Source: Candidatus Hydrogenedentota bacterium
GTDB lineage: Bacteria > Hydrogenedentota > Hydrogenedentia > Hydrogenedentales > SLHB01
Reading direction: 5' to 3'
Assembly (NCBI GenBank): GCA_963668025.2
Contig: CAXXTH010000003.1
Coordinates: 122,894-186,893 of the forward strand
DNA length: 64,000 nucleotides
Shown here: positions 38,683-49,768 of the stretch, piece by piece
Layout of the letters: each line of letters starts with the position of its first letter
How positions within the stretch are numbered: position 1 is the stretch's first letter
Position numbers and translations under genes: made by a program
The notes under the pieces: model-generated
Databases searched by the model: none
Told to the model about the DNA's origin: nothing
Seen by the model: the letters and a program-made list of their open reading frames with translations, nothing else

Positions 38683-41511
38683 TCAGCCGCTCAGGGCTTG
38701 CCAGATGGTCCAGCGCAAGCGCTCCGCGCCAAAAGGTTTTGATAGATGGCCTGCTAAGTCGCCGGGGCTGAACTGCTCCGGCAAATACGCTTCATTGTAT
38801 CCCGTCGAGAGAATCACTGGAAGGTCTGGCCGGATGCGTTTTAGGATGCAAAAGGTTTCGTGGCCGCTCATGACAGGCATTACCAAATCCAGCAGCACGC
38901 AAGAAAATGCATAAGGCGTTTGTTCGAGCAATTCCGCGGCTTCCCATCCATTCGAGGCGCATACGACGGGCAAACCCGTTTTGTCCAGCATGCGGGTGAC
39001 AACATCCCGGACCGTTTCATCATCATCCACGACGAGTATGGAGCCATGCGGCTGCTCATAGAATGCCGCCGGCACGGCCAGGCATTTGGCGTCGCTGGCG
39101 GCTTGGCACGGCAAAAAAACGGCAAAAGTCGTGCCATGGCCTGGCTCGCTTGATACCAGCACTTTGCCCTTATGCGCGCGGATGATGCCTTGCACCGTGG
39201 CAAGGCCTAAGCCGCGCCCGGTGAACTTGGTCGAGAAAAAGGGATCAAAAACGCGGTTCAAGACCGCCTCGTTCATGCCGCACCCCGTGTCGGACACTTC
39301 GATGCAAAGGTATGCGCTCTCTTCAAGCACATCCCCGTAAGAAGCTTCCTCCGCGGCGCCAGGCTCATGATAGGAAGTGGATATCGTAATGGCCCCTGGC
39401 GATTCTCCTATAGCCTCTGAAGCGTTCGCCACAAGGTTTAGCAGCACCTGGCGGATTTGGGCGGCATCGGCGGGAATGGCGGGCAGTTCATCCATGAGAT
39501 ACGTGCGTAAATCGCATATGCTGGATATAGACGCCTTGAGCTGCTGGCTCATCTGGCGGATAAGGGCATTGACATCCACTAATTCAGACTTGAATTGGCT
39601 CCGGCCCGTATAAGTAAGCATTTGGCGGGAGAGTTCAGCGGCGCGCATGGCGGCCTTTCCAATCTCCGCCAAGTATTCGATGCCAGGGCCTTTCTGGGAG
39701 AGCTCGTGCATGGCCAGGTCCGCATTGCCGAGTACGCCCATCAATAGATTGTTGAATTCGTGGGCGATGCCTCCGGCTAAGATACCCAAGCTTTCATTTT
39801 TTAACGCCTGTTGAATTCTTTGCTCGAGCTGAATACGTTCTTCTTCCGCCCGCTTGCGCGCCGAAATATCACGGATAAATACAATGGAACCGGTTATGGC
39901 GCCTGTATTATCCCGCAACGGATAACAATGCTTCTCAATCCAGCACTCAACTGGCCCGGCAGAGGGGATGGGATGAATCTGGGTGGCTGTGGCGCCGGTG
40001 TCCATGGCCTTTCGGGCCGGGCAATCCGGACAATTGCGGTCCGGCAGCATGCAGATAACCGTGCAGGGCTTTCCCGCCAATGGCATTTCCTTCGCATACC
40101 GCTCTTCAATCCAACGGTTCACGCGGGTGACGAGCAGGCCAGAATCCATGATGCAGATCCCGTCGTCTATTCCATCGAAAACAGCCGCAAAGAAAGCCTC
40201 GTTTTGCTGGATGGCTTCCCGTATCTCCCGGCGTTCGGATATGTCTGCCGCTGAACCTTCTAAATATAGAGGTTCGCCATGCATGTCTTTTGCCACCCGA
40301 ACAGAGACCAGCGCCCAGATGGCTTGGCCATCAAAGCGCACCATCTGGATTTCCTTGTTTTGGATCAGCGCATGGGTGTCAAGTTGATACCGCCACTCTT
40401 TATGGCTGGCGGCGTCGGCCCAAATACAAGGCGCGGGCTGCCCGAGCAGCGTTCCTTTATCTGGGTATCCCAGCATATCGAGAAATGCTGGATTGGCATC
40501 CAAAAAACATCCATCCGGAGTGGTGCGAAAAAGCCCGAGAGGGACATTATCGAATAATTCCTGGTAGAGCTGTTCGCTGGCGAGAGATGCTTCTTCCGCC
40601 ATTTTCCGGTTTGTGATATCCCGTGCAATTACTTGCACTCCCGCGACTTCGCCGCGCAAGCCGCGGACAGGCTGCCAGCTCGACCAGAACCATCGCGTGT
40701 CGATAGGCAGCGTCACATAGTCTTCAAAGACATCGCCCTCGCCCGTTCTCACCGTCGTGGTGATGCGTTCCATGATCGCATTCGATATCCTTGGAGCCAC
40801 TTCCGAAATATGCTGGCCTATAATGTCTTCAGGCAAGCAGCCAAACAGATTGGCCGCCATTTTGTTCACCAGAATCACTTGGCCGCCGACTCCCAGATAG
40901 GCAATCGCGGCATCGGTATTTTCCAGCAATAAACGGTATTTATCTTCACTGTCACGCAGTGCGGCCTTTAAGCGGCGGCGATAGGCTGCTTCCTCTATGC
41001 GTGAGGTGAGGTAATCCATATCGAGCGGTTTCGTGACATAATCAAATGCATGGCGCTGCAACGCGGTGACAGCGGAGCGAATCGATGGATAACCCGTAAT
41101 AACGATTACGGGCAAATCGGCAAAATCTTCGCTTACGGTCTCGAGCAGCTCCAGCTCCTCATTTCCCGGCATCTTATAATCGGCGACAAGCACGTCAAAA
41201 TCGCCCATGGCGAGCAGCTCGAGCGCTTCGCGGGCCGATGTGGCGCAAACACAATCCCATCCGCGCCTCTTGAGCAATTCTTGTGTAGACCAGAGGATCG
41301 ACTCCTCATCATCCGCGAGCAGCACCCGGTACGGCCGTTCTTCGTGATGTATCGCCAGCCAGCCCCAATGATCGGACTTGCTGGCGGCGGCTTGAGAAGA
41401 GTGCAATGGTTTGGGCCTGGAAAAACTCGATGCGGAGTCTTGCGACAGGCCCAGGCGGATTTGCTCCCATTCCAGTGGCAATGCATTAATCACGCTTATC
41501 ATCCGGCTCAT
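38683..41511 (-). CDS. Cytoplasmic hybrid histidine kinase (REC, PAS x3, HisKA, HATPase, REC)
   Basis: LLADDE..ADYKMPG; LAGGIAHEFNNLL; GRGLGLA; C-terminal LVVDDD..LDLVMP. Confidence 0.92.
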   Translation of the reverse strand: MSRMISVINALPLEWEQIRLGLSQDSASSFSRPKPLHSSQAAASKSDHWGWLAIHHEERPYRVLLADDEESILWSTQELLKRRGWDCVCATSAREALELLAMGDFDVLVADYKMPGNEELELLETVSEDFADLPVIVITGYPSIRSAVTALQRHAFDYVTKPLDMDYLTSRIEEAAYRRRLKAALRDSEDKYRLLLENTDAAIAYLGVGGQVILVNKMAANLFGCLPEDIIGQHISEVAPRISNAIMERITTTVRTGEGDVFEDYVTLPIDTRWFWSSWQPVRGLRGEVAGVQVIARDITNRKMAEEASLASEQLYQELFDNVPLGLFRTTPDGCFLDANPAFLDMLGYPDKGTLLGQPAPCIWADAASHKEWRYQLDTHALIQNKEIQMVRFDGQAIWALVSVRVAKDMHGEPLYLEGSAADISERREIREAIQQNEAFFAAVFDGIDDGICIMDSGLLVTRVNRWIEERYAKEMPLAGKPCTVICMLPDRNCPDCPARKAMDTGATATQIHPIPSAGPVECWIEKHCYPLRDNTGAITGSIVFIRDISARKRAEEERIQLEQRIQQALKNESLGILAGGIAHEFNNLLMGVLGNADLAMHELSQKGPGIEYLAEIGKAAMRAAELSRQMLTYTGRSQFKSELVDVNALIRQMSQQLKASISSICDLRTYLMDELPAIPADAAQIRQVLLNLVANASEAIGESPGAITISTSYHEPGAAEEASYGDVLEESAYLCIEVSDTGCGMNEAVLNRVFDPFFSTKFTGRGLGLATVQGIIRAHKGKVLVSSEPGHGTTFAVFLPCQAASDAKCLAVPAAFYEQPHGSILVVDDDETVRDVVTRMLDKTGLPVVCASNGWEAAELLEQTPYAFSCVLLDLVMPVMSGHETFCILKRIRPDLPVILSTGYNEAYLPEQFSPGDLAGHLSKPFGAERLRWTIWQALSG

Positions 41512-43952
41512 GATTCCCTTTCTTGCTCCGCTGCTGCAAGTTCCAAGGGCGCCATAAGCGTAAAGGCCGCCCCATCACCAGGCCGTGAATCCACGAGAAT
41601 CTCCCATCCCAAAGCAGTCGCCAGGCTTTTAGAAACCGAAAGCCCCAAACCCATTCCTCCGTCAAGCGCCCGGTCTACTCCGCCCTTGGTCGAGAAAAAC
41701 GGCTCAAAAATATGCGGCAGTATCTCGGAAGAAACTCCAGGACCGCTATCCTTCACCGTGGTTAATAGTTTATCCCCATCTGCATGTGCTGTCAATAAAA
41801 CCTCTCCTGGACAAGGAGAAGCCTGGCACGCATTTAATAGCAGGTTATATAGGATCTGCCGGTAAGCGCCTTCCGGCACGCAGAGTTCAGGGAGATCACT
41901 GGCGACATCGATTAATATGGCTACTTGCCGCTGGGCGGCGCGCCGCTCCAAGAGCTGGCATATATCGCTGAGCTCTTCCCGCACATTGATCGGAACCGGC
42001 TGCTTGGATTCGGGCCGATAGAGCTGGTACATCTGGCGTACAATATGGCTGATGCGTTCGATCTCGCGTTCGATAATCCCCACAAAACGCTGATAGGGAT
42101 GGTCGGATGGCACCGCTTCCTTGACAAGCAGGAAAGAATTCTTCAAGCCAGTCAGCGGATTATTTATCTCGTGGGCTACGCCAGCGGCCATGCGCCCAGT
42201 CGCCGCCAATTTCTCCATCTCATTGCGCTGCCGTGTGAGCTCCTGCACCCGCTGGGCGCGTTCATCCACTTTACGTTCCAGATTTTCCGTGTAATCCAGC
42301 AGTTGATGTTCAACATGCTTCCGCTGGGTAATATCGATAAAGAACGCATGGGTGGAGGATTCGTACGGATTGCTGCTATGGCCCAAGGCCACATCCGCCC
42401 ATCCGATGGCGCCATCCTTGCGCACCAGGCGCACCTCGATGCGCTGCTGTGCGGCTTCCTGGTGCTGCAAGACACGAAGCGCCTTCGAGAATGAAGGCCG
42501 GTCGTCCGGGTGTATCAGCCGGGTGATGGAACCGCCGGGAAGATTGGTCAATTCTTCAATATTGCGCCCCGTCATTTCTGAAATAGCCGGATTGGCGAAA
42601 ATGATGCGATCTCCCCGCATGATAGTGATTCCAAGCTGGCTATGCTCGACAAGAACCCGGTATTGCTCTTCGGAGCGGTGTTGGGCCTCTTCGGCCCGCA
42701 AGCGGTTGATAAACGATTCCGCTTCCAGCCCTAAAACGCTTAGGATAGCCAGAAGGCTGGGTTCTGGTTCTTGCTCTTGCATCGAAGCGACATTTAAAAA
42801 CCCGAAGACCTCGGAGCCTGCGCATAATGGAAGGGACCAAGCATGGCGAATGCCTTGGGTTTTGGCGAATGACATCCATTCCAGCGACAAATCCAACACA
42901 TTTATGGCTTCACGCGTCTCTTGGAACAAGCGGGCGACAGCCATGGAAAAAGGAATGCGCGCCATTTTTGCGGTAAAAGTGGAAGTGAGGCCGCGATGGT
43001 GTTTCAAAACGGCTTTTCCGTTTTGGATAAGGTAGATGCCGCCCGCTTGCATGCCGGAAATATCCAGAGCGGCGTCGAGAAGCGGCGCGCACATCGAGTC
43101 AAGGGTGGTGCAATCATTCAAAGCGGCCATGAAAGAGCGCAGCCGTTCACTGACACGGACCGTTCGGGACAAGGTGGCTTCAATTCGTTTATGCTCGGTG
43201 ATATTCCGCATGACGTACACCACTTCAAGCGGCTTATGCGTATGAGGATCTTTTACAGCCCTTCCGGTTGTTTCAACCCAGATATACTCGCCATTTTTAT
43301 GCAGGCAGCGGTATTCCGTTCTCGCAGTGACGCCTGTTTGCAGAATGCGGTCATGCTGGCGGCGCACAGTCGGCTGATCACATGAATGAATGAATTGGCT
43401 TGCATATTGCCCTATAACTTCATCCGGCATATAACCGAGCATGGGCGCGCTCGCGGGCGATACATACCGGTACCGCATGTCCGGCGAAACACGCATGATA
43501 ATATCGGAAGCATGCTCCGCCAGCAACCGGAACTGTTCTTCACTCTGCCGAAGCGCTAATTCCGTTTCTTTCCGAGTGGTGATATCGCGCGTGACGCAAA
43601 TAATCTCCAGCGGTTCAGCGGTGATTTCATCCAGTAATAAGCGGCTGGAAGTTTCCACCCAGCGGTAACTGCCTTGGGCGCTCCGCAGGCGGTATTCCAA
43701 GTGCTGCATGCCGCCTTCCTTGAGCAGTTTAGCGGCGTTTTCTAGAACGAGCTCTTTGTCATCCGGATGAATGAAAGAGAATCCATCCAACGGGAAATGC
43801 TCCGCGTCCTTTATTCCGAGAAAACCCGATGCGGAGTCGGAGAGATAAATCACCTTGCCATCTAAGGAATGGCGCGAGATCACATCGGCTGAATACCTAT
43901 CCAGAGGGCTGCCGCGCTCCTCGGATGAAAATAGTGCTTGAAATATATCCAT
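41508..43952 (-). CDS. PAS-PAS-GAF-PAS sensor histidine kinase
   Basis: IHPDD PAS/PAC repeats, GAF-like segment, AAGVAHEINNPL, GMGLGL. Confidence 0.92.
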   Translation of the reverse strand: MDIFQALFSSEERGSPLDRYSADVISRHSLDGKVIYLSDSASGFLGIKDAEHFPLDGFSFIHPDDKELVLENAAKLLKEGGMQHLEYRLRSAQGSYRWVETSSRLLLDEITAEPLEIICVTRDITTRKETELALRQSEEQFRLLAEHASDIIMRVSPDMRYRYVSPASAPMLGYMPDEVIGQYASQFIHSCDQPTVRRQHDRILQTGVTARTEYRCLHKNGEYIWVETTGRAVKDPHTHKPLEVVYVMRNITEHKRIEATLSRTVRVSERLRSFMAALNDCTTLDSMCAPLLDAALDISGMQAGGIYLIQNGKAVLKHHRGLTSTFTAKMARIPFSMAVARLFQETREAINVLDLSLEWMSFAKTQGIRHAWSLPLCAGSEVFGFLNVASMQEQEPEPSLLAILSVLGLEAESFINRLRAEEAQHRSEEQYRVLVEHSQLGITIMRGDRIIFANPAISEMTGRNIEELTNLPGGSITRLIHPDDRPSFSKALRVLQHQEAAQQRIEVRLVRKDGAIGWADVALGHSSNPYESSTHAFFIDITQRKHVEHQLLDYTENLERKVDERAQRVQELTRQRNEMEKLAATGRMAAGVAHEINNPLTGLKNSFLLVKEAVPSDHPYQRFVGIIEREIERISHIVRQMYQLYRPESKQPVPINVREELSDICQLLERRAAQRQVAILIDVASDLPELCVPEGAYRQILYNLLLNACQASPCPGEVLLTAHADGDKLLTTVKDSGPGVSSEILPHIFEPFFSTKGGVDRALDGGMGLGLSVSKSLATALGWEILVDSRPGDGAAFTLMAPLELAAAEQERES

Positions 43953-44260
43953 TTGCTAGGCCCCGGCGCTGGAGGGATTCTGCAACTGGCGGCGGAAACC
44001 CAGCGTCTTCGTCTTATCCGGGTTTCCACGCCCAGCTTGCGTGATGATAAACGGATCAATATCTAAATTCAAAGGCAAGTGGAGGCTCGGGGCGTTCGAA
44101 ATCGCGCTATATGGCGGCGGCTTTTTTTACGAGAAATCGGCTCGAATGAGCACTACTCCACCTCTTTTGCCTGGGTTTGCCCCAGGCAAGCGTCTATTCC
44201 GGCCATACATCACGAAGCGGCCGAGCCAGGCTTATCTGGCCCGCCGTATTCCATGTTCGG

Positions 44261-44776
44261 TCATTTTTTGTCCTGAACACGTTTTTCAAGGATTTGCACG
44301 ACATTTTTAAACATTTCTTTATTTTTTTCGTTGAGTGATGTCAAGGCGCGATGGGCATCGAGAATCATGTGGGCCAGCTCACGATCAGGCGATTCCGCTT
44401 GCGGCAAATCTTGCAGCTCTGCGGTGGTCTCACTCGTTTCATGCAGAATCATGAACACCTGATCGAATCCGACGCTGTCCAGAATCGCATCAATGTCTTC
44501 ATTGGTGGATAAAATAGTCGCCTTGCGCCCAAACTGCTGCTGGGTAAATTGTCCAATCTTTGCAATAAGGCCCAGGTTGGTGCTGTCGATACTAAGGGTT
44601 TCGGTGAGGTCGAGAAGCACGTTCTCGAAATCTTTCCCTTCGAAGAGTTTATCGAGAAACGCATCCAGCGATGCGCTGATTCGATAAGACTCTCCCATGG
44701 TATAGCGGATTTCACCGACGAACTTCAGCACGAGCACTCCATCGTGTTTCGCGTAATACACATTTCCTGTTTCCAT
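44261..44776 (-). CDS. STAS-domain anti-sigma factor antagonist (RssC-like)
   Basis: VLKFVGEIR, LDLTETLSIDSTNLG (phosphorylatable Ser), ILDAHRALTSLNEKN. Confidence 0.85.
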   Translation of the reverse strand: METGNVYYAKHDGVLVLKFVGEIRYTMGESYRISASLDAFLDKLFEGKDFENVLLDLTETLSIDSTNLGLIAKIGQFTQQQFGRKATILSTNEDIDAILDSVGFDQVFMILHETSETTAELQDLPQAESPDRELAHMILDAHRALTSLNEKNKEMFKNVVQILEKRVQDKK

Positions 44777-44777
44777 C

Positions 44778-45956
44778 TCACATTCCCTTCTTCACCAACA
44801 TCAAGGTGACATCGTCCAACGGTGATTCCGTCGAGTCCAGATGCAGTTCGCGTGTCAATTGATCCAGGCTCACGTCCATCGACCCTACCTGGGAGAGTAA
44901 GAATTCTTCCTTGTTTTGTAAACTTTGTTGGGGGAGAATTTCAAGTACGCCGTCCGAGAAGAGCGCCATGGCGAATTGCTCAGGCACGGCAATCGTACGA
45001 TTGGGGTATTCCGCGTTTTCAAATAAGCCTACAGGCAGGTTCTTATTGGAAAGAAAACGGGCCTTTTCGCCATCAAAAAGCAATGGAAAGGGGAAATGCC
45101 CGCCGTTGCTGAATGTGATGGTATGCTCATCTTCGTGGGTAACTGCATAAAAAATGGTTAGATGCTTGTTGAAGCCCTGCTGGATGATGCTGTCGTTGAT
45201 GAGTTGGAGCACGCGGCTGGGCTGCAAAATGGCATTATTCTCTGTTTGGCGGTATTGGTCGAGCAAATTGCTCACCGTGCTTTTCAACAATACCGTGATG
45301 AAAGCGGAAGAAACGCCATGCCCGGAAACATCCGCGATGTAAAAACCCGTATGGCAGTCATCAATAATAAAATAATCCACGAAATCGCCGCTCAGCTCCG
45401 AGGACGCTTTCATGTAATAACTAAACTCATATCCGCGAAAAACCATCTTGGGCTTGGGCAGGAGTTGAAGCTGGATCTGGCGGGCGGCGGATTCATCGTC
45501 CTTGATCTGTTGAAGGCTCCGCCTTAATCGCTTGTTGGTTTCTTCGAGGCTTCGCTGGGTTTCCCGGTTCTCCCGGATCAGGCGGGAGCGTTCGAGGGAG
45601 CGGCGGATGCTATGCTCGAGCTCAGCCAGATCCTCGATGGGCTTGCGCATATAATCCCATGCGCCTAGCTTCAGCGCCTCGATGGCGTCTCCAATGTCGC
45701 CCGTGCCCGATATGATGATGAATGGCGTTTCTGGGGCGTTTTTCGCCACTTCCGCCAATACGGTAAGCCCGTCGACTTCCGGCATGCGAAGATCACACAG
45801 CACAATGTCCGGATGCTCCTTGTAGAATAGGTCGAGCCCTTGCCTGCCATTTTCAGCTTCGAGCATTTCAAAACCGCTATCTTCGAGATAGCTCACGATG
45901 CTGCGGCGGACAGTCGCCTCGTCTTCAATGCTCAAAATACGGGGAGGCTTATCCAT
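44778..45956 (-). CDS. REC-PP2C (SpoIIE-type) response regulator phosphatase (RssB-like)
   Basis: REC (CDLRMP); ARQIQLQLLP, LSGDFVD, IADVSGHG, NGGH, FSDGVLE, DDVT. Confidence 0.9.
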   Translation of the reverse strand: MDKPPRILSIEDEATVRRSIVSYLEDSGFEMLEAENGRQGLDLFYKEHPDIVLCDLRMPEVDGLTVLAEVAKNAPETPFIIISGTGDIGDAIEALKLGAWDYMRKPIEDLAELEHSIRRSLERSRLIRENRETQRSLEETNKRLRRSLQQIKDDESAARQIQLQLLPKPKMVFRGYEFSYYMKASSELSGDFVDYFIIDDCHTGFYIADVSGHGVSSAFITVLLKSTVSNLLDQYRQTENNAILQPSRVLQLINDSIIQQGFNKHLTIFYAVTHEDEHTITFSNGGHFPFPLLFDGEKARFLSNKNLPVGLFENAEYPNRTIAVPEQFAMALFSDGVLEILPQQSLQNKEEFLLSQVGSMDVSLDQLTRELHLDSTESPLDDVTLMLVKKGM

Positions 45957-46344
45957 TTGGGCGGTACTTCCTTTCCGCCGCAAGCGTTTGGATGGTTTCC
46001 GTCATGGGCGCCAAATCACTGAGCGGTTTCATGAATACATATTTCCGGTTTATGCCTAAGGCGCGCAATTCGGCGGGGATCGAGTAGGTGGCGGTCCCGG
46101 TATGGATGATAAACAGCGCCTCCGGCGCGATGGCGTGCAGGGCCAATATGGTTTCCTGGCCATCCATGATCGGCAGGCGCATGTCCATGATGCATACATC
46201 AAAGCGCTTGCCGCTCGTATACGTTTCAAGCGCTTCTTCACCCGAGGCCACGGCTTCCACTTCAATCCCTTCATCTTCAAAATAGGCGGCCATGTTCATC
46301 CGAAGCGAATCCTCATCGTCTACAATCAGGACGCGAATAGGCAT
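45949..46344 (-). CDS. Single-domain response regulator
   Basis: VLIVDDE, MDMRLP, HTG, MKP. Confidence 0.88.
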   Translation of the reverse strand: MPIRVLIVDDEDSLRMNMAAYFEDEGIEVEAVASGEEALETYTSGKRFDVCIMDMRLPIMDGQETILALHAIAPEALFIIHTGTATYSIPAELRALGINRKYVFMKPLSDLAPMTETIQTLAAERKYRPNG

Positions 46345-46351
46345 GGCTTCG

Positions 46352-49300
46352 CTACTCCAGCCGCAAGGGGATTCGGATGATAAAGCGCGCGCCTTGGCCC
46401 GGCGTGGACTCCACCTTCATGTTTCCCCGGTGCTGTTTAGTAATAATAAAATACGAAACCGATAATCCGAGGCCTGTGCCTATCCCGACCTCCTTTGTCG
46501 TGAAAAAGGGCTCAAAGACCCTTCGGCGGACTTTTTCGGACATGCCGGGGCCGTTATCGGCCACTTCAATGCGCGTATGATCCCGTTCTTTCGCCAGCAC
46601 GATGGTGAGTTCGGGCGGAGCTTGGTTTTCATTCGCCGCCATGGCTTGTGCGGCGTTTTTCACCAGGTTCAACAGCACTTGCTCGATCTTGGTTTTATCA
46701 CACCGCACTTGGGGCAAATCTGGATCAAATTGCTCTACAATCTTGATGCGCCGGAAATCGTAGTGTTTCTTAAGGTCGTAATCATTGGCCGCTAAACGCA
46801 AGACCGTATGCACCAGATCCGGCAAATCCGATGGGGCGAAATGGGATTCGCTGCGGCGGCTGAATGCAAGCATATCGGAGATGATCTTGGCCGCCCGCGT
46901 GCCATCGCTTTTGATGCCGGCAATGAATTCGATGACGCCGCGTTCTTCCAGATACCGGCGCATGGCCTCGATATCTAGGCCAAGCTGCTTGGCTACTTGA
47001 AGGTTTTTAGGCAAATCCGGCGCCGTGCGGCGCTCAATGTTCTGGCAAGCCTGGAGGATGCCGCCCAGAGGATTGTTGATCTCGTGGGCCATGCCTGCGG
47101 CAAGCCCGCCCACGGACATCATCTTCTCCGTTTGCACCATCATCTCCTCGATTTGCACGCGGGCCGAGACATCATCCACCCGGATCACCGCGCCTTCCAC
47201 ATCATCGGAGGCAAGAGGGTACACGATCAGGTCAAAGAAACGCGAATCGCCTTCTTCGTTCTCAGCGATGACGCGTTGGTTATCCAATGGCTCGCCCGAG
47301 GAAATGGCTTCCCGCACCTCGTCCGATTTCTCACGCAAAAGAGGGAATACCGTATCGAAAGGCTGGCCGAGCGCCTCCTGCTCTTCCAGATGGGTGAACC
47401 GGGCTGCTTCCCGGTTCCAATGCGTGACACCGCCATTCTTGTCCACTCCGATGAGGATGGATGGCATGGAATCGAGGATATTGCGCAGATAATACCGCAT
47501 GCGGCGTACTTCCTGTTCACGGTTGCGCCTCTCGGTGACATCGCGCGAACTGGTCACCAGGGCTTCTGGCTGGGAGTTGTTGTCCCGGACAAGCGTTCTA
47601 TTCTCGCTAATCCAGATGTACGAGCCATCTTTGGATTTCCACCGATATTCCATCTGGGCCGATGCATCGCCTGCTGGCGGCGCATCGAGCAATTCCCGTG
47701 CTGTCTGGGCGTTTTGCGCGCGATCATCCGGGTGAATGCGTTCAGACACGGCGCTTGGCCCCATATGATGGATTTCCTCCGGGGTGAATCCAAGAATTTG
47801 AAGGGAAGCCGGGCTCACATATACATACCGGTTCGTCAGCAAATTGATTTCACAGAGCATGTCACGCGTATTTTCCAATACGCTTCGGAACCGCTCTTCA
47901 CTTTCCCGCAACGCGTTTTCGGCGCGGGCGCGCACTTCAAACTCTTTGCGAAGCTGCACATTCGCCGCCCGCAACGCATCCGTTCGCTGGTTGAACGCAT
48001 AGGCCAACTCCACGAGCTCGCGCGGCGCTACTTCTCCCAAACCTTGGAGAAAGTCCCCTTCCGTTTCCGTGACGCCCATAAGATACTGGCTCAAATGGCG
48101 CACGGGGCTTATGAGATCGCGCCGCAACAGCAGCAGCACAAGCATGGGAGGTGCGCTTAAGATGAGAAAGAGAGAAAGAAAAACAGAAACCGAAGAATGG
48201 CGCAATGGAGCCGTAAGAAAAGATTCCGGTTGGATGAGCACCAGTTTCCAGTAGGCACCAGGCACATGAAAAACGGACGCAACGGCCGACTCGTGCAATA
48301 GGGGGTCCGCGGATATGCGGGCGCGCTCGATAAACCGGGAGCGTTCCGTGTCTTTTCCGAGCACATTCAACGTTTCACCCGCCGCAATAACCACCTCTGG
48401 CGATTCCAAACCTTCGCCCAACGAGGATTGGGCAAGGGCTTGTTTGAGGTCTGTATGGTCTTTTTGCCATCGCACGCGCGACTGGATATCAACGTTTAAC
48501 TCCCGCAGGATCTGGGCAAGGCCTTTATATGCGGGCTGCCCTTGGATAAGATCGGTAATAGCGCCCAATCCGGCGTGCTTCGGATTCGGGGAAGCCCCAT
48601 CTGGCGCTTCCAAGACGCCGGATTCAAGGGCATTGGGCGGGAAAAACAAATAGTTATCGCGGTCGTACAGAAGGATATATCCTTCCTTTTCCGGCAGGGC
48701 TGATTGTAAAAAGAGGCGTAATTGTTCTGTATCCAAATCCACGGCGGCTGCGCCGATGAACTTCCCATCATCCGTATGAATAGGCGCTACACAGCGGACC
48801 ACGATATGGCCCGTTTCGGGGTCCGCGATAGGCTGGGGCCAATAGAATTGATGGGGAGGCGTGTAACGCGCGGCGGCATACCATTCACTGTTCGTATAAG
48901 TGTGTTCTGGCGGTTGCGCGGGCAGTTTTTGGAAATGGCCCTCTTTGTCGCGGCGCCAAATGAAGCCGGATGCGTCTCCAAGGCCGGATTCGCCCGGCTC
49001 CAAATAAATGGAGCCGCCCGCTAAAGCGGGATAGCTCCGCATTGCCGAAGCACACACGGAAGCTATCGCTTCCAGATGAGTTTGGGATTCCGGTTCACTT
49101 GCAGCCGTGTTGGCCAGAGAACGAGCCAGCATTTCAACGGGGAATAATTGCCTATCCAGTTCGGCGACAATGCGGTTGCCCAATTCCTCCGATAACCGCC
49201 ATGCATTGTCACGCCCTGTTGTCCGTTTTACGGAAAACACGAGCCATTGCGCCAAGATGACCATGACCAGCACCATAAGCGCAAAACGCAAGGACATGCG

Positions 49301-49378
49301 AAATTGGAGGCTGTTAAACAAATATTTCCAGCTAGGCCGAGGCATGACGCCCGCCTTGCCATTGTCCGGTGTCTCCAT
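46352..49378 (-). CDS. Membrane sensor histidine kinase (Cache-like, HAMP, PAS x2, HisKA, HATPase)
   Basis: Two TMs, SEWY..YWPQP Cache signature, AAGMAHEINNPL, GTGLGLS. Confidence 0.9.
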   Translation of the reverse strand: METPDNGKAGVMPRPSWKYLFNSLQFRMSLRFALMVLVMVILAQWLVFSVKRTTGRDNAWRLSEELGNRIVAELDRQLFPVEMLARSLANTAASEPESQTHLEAIASVCASAMRSYPALAGGSIYLEPGESGLGDASGFIWRRDKEGHFQKLPAQPPEHTYTNSEWYAAARYTPPHQFYWPQPIADPETGHIVVRCVAPIHTDDGKFIGAAAVDLDTEQLRLFLQSALPEKEGYILLYDRDNYLFFPPNALESGVLEAPDGASPNPKHAGLGAITDLIQGQPAYKGLAQILRELNVDIQSRVRWQKDHTDLKQALAQSSLGEGLESPEVVIAAGETLNVLGKDTERSRFIERARISADPLLHESAVASVFHVPGAYWKLVLIQPESFLTAPLRHSSVSVFLSLFLILSAPPMLVLLLLRRDLISPVRHLSQYLMGVTETEGDFLQGLGEVAPRELVELAYAFNQRTDALRAANVQLRKEFEVRARAENALRESEERFRSVLENTRDMLCEINLLTNRYVYVSPASLQILGFTPEEIHHMGPSAVSERIHPDDRAQNAQTARELLDAPPAGDASAQMEYRWKSKDGSYIWISENRTLVRDNNSQPEALVTSSRDVTERRNREQEVRRMRYYLRNILDSMPSILIGVDKNGGVTHWNREAARFTHLEEQEALGQPFDTVFPLLREKSDEVREAISSGEPLDNQRVIAENEEGDSRFFDLIVYPLASDDVEGAVIRVDDVSARVQIEEMMVQTEKMMSVGGLAAGMAHEINNPLGGILQACQNIERRTAPDLPKNLQVAKQLGLDIEAMRRYLEERGVIEFIAGIKSDGTRAAKIISDMLAFSRRSESHFAPSDLPDLVHTVLRLAANDYDLKKHYDFRRIKIVEQFDPDLPQVRCDKTKIEQVLLNLVKNAAQAMAANENQAPPELTIVLAKERDHTRIEVADNGPGMSEKVRRRVFEPFFTTKEVGIGTGLGLSVSYFIITKQHRGNMKVESTPGQGARFIIRIPLRLE

Positions 49379-49768
49379 ATAGCGCCGCTTCTTTCTTTAG
49401 GCGTTGGAGGTACGCATAATCAATACAGCGACTCTGCCGTAGTTGTCGGCGTCAATGCTTGCTCCCTAAAGGCTATAACCGAATATGCCATCCATAACAT
49501 CTTGCATGACACTAGTATACAATAATTGGCCCTTACTTGCGAGAAACTCTTGATGAAACCACTCTTATGGAATTATTAGTATTTTTTATATTTATAACTA
49601 TCGAATCAATCTGAACATTAATATCGACAATTAGGTCTATTTTTGACACAAGTAGCATATCAATCCTTTTGAAAGCTGATTATACAGATCTCGGGCCTTG
49701 TTAGAAAGTAATATTTCAAACAGAAACTGCCGATATCATGGTATAATTGATTAAAGGAGGATTATTTT

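Noticed and set aside
46997-48160. 387-aa plus-strand ORF and similar long antisense ORFs elsewhere
   Set aside because: These are shadows of well-supported genes on the opposite strand in GC-rich DNA.
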